From Raillietiella orientalis (lineage: Eukaryota): DNA of 64,000 nt. Below are positions 59,132 to 64,000 of this stretch, one piece after another; position 1 is the first letter of the stretch; every line of letters begins with the position of its first letter. A program made the translations under genes and the position numbers. Under the pieces are notes generated by a model that searched no databases, had not been told where the DNA came from, and saw only the letters and a list, made by a program, of their open reading frames with translations. The stretch is from NCBI GenBank assembly GCA_036172245.1, contig JAYWIR010000003.1, positions 4,650,001-4,714,000 on the forward strand, in the 5' to 3' direction.

Positions 59132-62100
59132 GTAAGTACTTAACTGATTCCACTTTGTGTTTAAACACTTGGAATGCTTGTTTCTGCTACTTGTGATAAG
59201 TTCGCTCATTATGGAATTGCTGCTCCCTGTGCATTGTTAGTAGTGGTGTAACCCTCATGAATATGTGTATTGCTGTGAACTGTGAGGAGCAATATTTTCT
59301 GTCATGTGTGTGAATGCTTTGCGTGCCTGTGCACTTCTGGAAAATAATCATGGTGTGGTGCTGAGAGCATGATGGAACACTGTGGGTGTTTGTGTTTGAA
59401 AGGGAAACGTTTGCACTTGTCAGGTACATTGCCAAGAAATGGTTGAATCGAATCGGTGCACCCAGTTGTTGTGTGTTGGGTTCCACAGTGTGCAATGTTT
59501 GCCCACGCCGAGGTGACCATGCCCCACAAACAGCTTACACTGCAGCGTAGCATCCTTTCCTGTAGCTTTCGAATTCATACCGATTTCGACATACTTATCC
59601 CGATTAAAATATGCCATAAATCATGAAAATTATTCATCCGCTTGATGCAATCCCATGTTTCGGTGCACGTGAAAGTAGGGGAACGGTTCCCTCCGAGCCG
59701 AATCGCGCGAAGTTACCACGCAAGTGGTTCTGAGTAGAAGGGAAAGGATCCACAGGAGCAAGCAGGTTTCCCGCATCCGGTACTCCCGTCCGTGCCGAGG
59801 TGGATCCATCCGGATACGCCCCTGCCCGGGATGGCAACGAGTCGGTTGCAACTTCCTTCAGTATTTATGAATAGGAGGATTACAGAGCTGTCACGGGCGT
59901 GTTGAAAGGTGCGCGGATTCGTCGGTTCATTGAGGAACCGCGAGCGAAGTGAATCCAAGCTCTGTGGGTTCGGTACCACGGGTTCGTACATCGCGCGATC
60001 CAAAAGGCACGGAGGCGAAAGCAACGGATACCGCGAAAGAGTAAATGCAGGAGTGAATGAATGCCTTCGGTGTTCGTGTGCGCTGCTGAACACGTGTACC
60101 TCCCGCACGTGTGCGGCTGTACACTGCGCGTGCGTTCATGCAGCGCCCGGGAGGATGATCGCGTATGCGGTTGTACAACGCCGGAATCGCCGGTGTTTTT
60201 GCTTTTGCACGTGCTTTCCGATTTTCGAACACTTTTTTCGGTAGTCGGTTGCACCCTTCGGCACGCAGCTCGCCCGCGGTTCGGACCGCGCGCGCGTGTC
60301 CGCACAGGGCGAAGGAAGGAAGGAAGGAAGGAAGGGGGGGGGGGCACGGAGGAGCGTTCCGCGTGCCATGAGAGGACAGCGTGTGCTTCGTCCGCAGATC
60401 ACAACACGCCCGGGAGGAGGATGGACCAAGATGAATGGTTCTGTCGTTGTTGCTCGTGCCTCCCTCTGTGTGTTTTTATGTCAGTAGTTCAGTCCGGTAT
60501 GTGTGTTAATTAAGAGGATTCCGACGGATGGTGCATCATGCAAGCCGCATGCTGCCGTTTTAATTATCTTCTCTTCGTGTGGCAGCAGCAGGATGCATTC
60601 GTTTTCCAGCGCCCTCCTCCATCGAGATTTAAAAATTTTAATAGCCCCATTTCTTCTTCTTCCTCCTCCTCCTCCTCCGTTTCACTTCTTACTTTCTGGT
60701 CGTCTGGCAAGTTTATGGACCGCATCTCCTTGCTGATCCGGCGTGAGGCTTCGTATTCCAATGGTTTCATGGGAAAACGCTTTCCGTGTTTCTTCCATGT
60801 AGCATATTCTTTGCTATTCCGTGCGATGAGATTCGCGTGAGATGGATGAAAAATTCCGCTGTTTTGTCAGGTGGGCTTTTTTTTTTCTTTTTTCCCCTCG
60901 TTTGATCGGGGGAGGGGCGTGTTGGGCACCCGTGTACCTGTAGCCGTACGTTCGGTCGCAGACTTCTTTTGCTTTTGCACTCTGACGCACTTCCTCTTCC
61001 CCTTCCTTGGTTGTGTGAGTTTCCTCGCGCAAGAACACGGGCGTTCTCGGTCGTTTACTACGGGGAGGAGGGAGGGAGGGAGGGAGGGAGGGGGCCATCC
61101 GACAAAACAACGGGGGGGGGGGGGAGGGCGGCATTTTGCCTGCAGTACTTCGGTTTCGCCTGGAATACCACCCGCGAAATCATCCTCGGTTGAGGTGAAA
61201 CTCGCACGGTATCGAGGGAAGAGGTGAACCTACGGATTGAAGGTTGCTCTGCAAGCTCCAAGATGGTTTCATCATGGCTTCACCGTGTGCCGTCGTCCAT
61301 GTATTCGTAGTTTCGAAATGTTGATGAAACTCTCTCTTTGAAAGCGGCGGGGGGGGGGGAATGGGGGGGGGGGAGAGGCTCCGTCTGGAAAATATTCCTT
61401 CTTTGAAACAAAATAATCGCATTCCCCTTTGGGAAGCCCTCGTCTTCGGAGTGCAGCGGGGGGAGGAACTCACCTTTGAGCGTGCACCTGAGCCTCTGAG
61501 AGGCTGTACGCCGCCTTGCTTTCATTTCAGGGGGAAAAAAAAAAAAAAAAAGGGGGAAACAGAACCTGGTCGGTTCCCGACTTTGCGTGTGTTTTTGGAT
61601 CTCTCCGTCTTGGTGTTCCCCGCAGTCTTCGACTTTCCGACCGCGAGATCCCGGTTCGCATCGGAAGCAGTGCGCGCCTGGCAACCACCATTTTGCAGAG
61701 GCTCGTATGATTCCCTGTGGCTTTCGCCATTTCCGGCGCAGCTTAGCACATTCCCGCTCAGGCGGTACTTCTGCATGCTTGATGGTCCGCCCTTTTGCAT
61801 CCTTCGCTGGTCGCTCCCCGGCTCAGATCTCGGCCTGTCCGTCACGGAGTGGTTCTCCAGCAGCAGCATCTTCGTGGACTTGCTCGCCTTCCCATCCGTC
61901 CGCCGATGCGCCCCTCGGTGGTGCCTGACACGGCCGGGGGGGGGGGGGGGGAGGTCGTGCCGCCGTTCCGTTTCGTTCGGCTTATCCTCCGTTAAGGTTG
62001 ACGGCTCTTCCGAGTGGTGTTCTCCGCTCGCACCTCACGATGATCCCACGGACCCCTCCTTTTCGCCTCTTCTCCTTCCCCGCCTTTTTTTCCCCCTTCC

Positions 62101-62608
62101 TCTTCTTCTGTTCCTAGCCTTGCATCCGCCGCGCGTCCTTTTGCCACCGCAAGGGCAGCTGTGGCAAGCGGATGCGATCTTTCCGGAGACGCGTTTCCAA
62201 GCGGCTCCGCTTCGCTCACCCCTCCCTCCCCCACCCCCCTTCTGTTTGCTCTGCTTCTTCCTCGGCAGCCGAGTCGAGCAGTGACTAAGCAAAGTGCCGC
62301 GGATGCTGCTGCATGATTGTTCGGTTGCATGTTCGCCTGCGTGATGTCGCCATCTCGAATTCTACTCGTGTGGCAACTGACGCTTTCTTAAGGAAGAACG
62401 GGAATCGCCACAAGTTTCTGGGAATTCCCCCTGGGTGGATGGGAAGGCGGGACACGAAGGCACAGTGGTGGTCCGAAGGCCATCACGTGGATGCAGTAGC
62501 TATAGCGCGACTGTCTCCTGGCGTGGATCCTTCCGAAAAGCGCGTTCGGCAAGAATCCAGGAACTCGGTGGTTGTTGAGACCACCGGTTTTCGCCGGTCT
62601 TCCGCTTG

Positions 62609-62647
<39 letters not shown>

Positions 62648-64000
62648 TCTCCTCCCCCTTCGGAGCGGCCACTCAAGGAAGCGTTTCCTCCTCAGGTCCG
62701 GTACGAACTTTCTCGTTCCCCTTCGGCCTCCTCCCCTGGTGCAGAGGACGAGGGGTGTCCTTCCATCCGCCCCTCTCAGCTTGCCTCTGGGGATCGTTGA
62801 CAGCAGCATTGCCGGTGTCATGCGAAAGCGGAGGTGCCTCCTCGTTTTCTTTCTTCTGCGCGATATCCGCACTTCCGCGGATTAGCGTATAAATAACATC
62901 TTGCTGTCAGCCTGCAGTATCATCGCATGTAGTAGTCGGGTGCGAACAAGCAACTGGAAAGGAAGGCTAAAAATAGTTTCTTGGATGCGGGAAGACGAGC
63001 GCAAAAACTGTATTGACGGGAGGTCGCGCGGCAATCGTCGATCTCTTTGGCATTGCATGCGAAGTGCAACAGACCTGCAGACTTGGCTGCGGCAGGCGGA
63101 CTCCTCAGCGAATGGAACTCGAAGCGGAGAGGTTTTCGATTTTTAAATAATTCGTCGAGACGCGAAGGTAAACAGGATGCTCTTCCGGGAGAAACGACAG
63201 GCGAAGCCATTTCGAGTAGGTAGGCCTGTGCATCTTCGTACACAAGCCGTGTATCGGCCGGGGTTTCCGGAACTTCTTTCGGAAGTTCGGAGAGGAGGTC
63301 TGTCTGTCTCCTCGGTCCTCGGACGCGGTTCGGTTGGTAAATTAGAAAGCGGTACGGAAGGTTCCGGGAAGCAGCCTTCCTCTCCGGACCCTCACCCGGA
63401 AGGAATCGTGGCGTGGTTCGAAAAGCGTTCGGTGGGGTGCACCTCAGATGCGTTCCGGGACCTCCGATGAATGGACACGGTTCATTCAGAGACCGCGGCG
63501 CTCGCGAGCGGCAACGCCACTCCGACGAGCGCGGTGGTGCTGGGGCGACCCGCGGCACCGCGTTGCTGGGACGTGCGGTACCCACAGACGCACTCGTGCA
63601 CATCCTGCTTCGTGAAGAGACACCGTGGCAACGACGAGGAAACCTTGCACTCTGCCGGCGATGTGCGAGTGGACCCCCAGGCGGATCGCGGGGGGGGGGG
63701 GGAGGGATCTCCGGCGGCAGTGGGAACAACCGTGATTCCCCGAGGCTGGGAAAGTGGAGGAGAAGGGTGTACTTTGCCTATTTCGCGTCGGATTAGGGAG
63801 CAGGGTTTTTTTTTTTTTTTTTCTCTCTCTCTCCCACGGGACACGCGTTGCGTTTGTGAGCTGCATCTCGATGTGGTGCGGTTGCCACGGTTACGGAACG
63901 AGGTGCATTCCTTTTCGAACGCGCTCTTTCCGAAGGGCAGTCCTTGGCGAGTTCGAAAAACGCTTCCTCTCTTTCCGGGTGGTTGCTGCACCGCGCGGTC

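Noticed and set aside
1..64000. CRISPR arrays, rRNA, intact tRNA or prokaryotic operons
   Set aside because: None seen. The window is spliceosomal-intron-containing animal DNA with no regularly spaced direct repeats.

Overview
Animal genomic DNA, probably arthropod (inferred from the style of the RPL15 and WDR89 sequences), with very short spliceosomal introns. Five intron-containing genes can be reconstructed by hand: the 3' part of RPL15 (+, 704-1230); a secreted Dickkopf-3-like cysteine-rich protein (-, 3438-5088, one GC-AG intron); WDR89 (-, 16584-23194); RPL12 (+, 26460-27458); and the first three coding exons of a PI3K p85-type regulatory subunit with SH3 then C1 domains (+, 58599-59131, continuing past the window). 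The housekeeping genes sit in AT-rich, CpG-depleted islands. The Dkk gene, the ~29 kb gene-free stretch (28.5-57.5 kb) and the PI3K intron are GC- and CpG-rich, full of microsatellites, G/C runs and very decayed RTE-like LINE remnants. Most long ORFs in the six-frame track there are GC-content artefacts. The main unexplained structures are a 222-bp, 3-mismatch inverted repeat pair 4.8 kb apart (48371-48592 / 53400-53621) and two pre-miRNA-sized hairpins in the probable first intron of RPL12. I cannot demonstrate a new biological system from sequence alone; these are the best leads.
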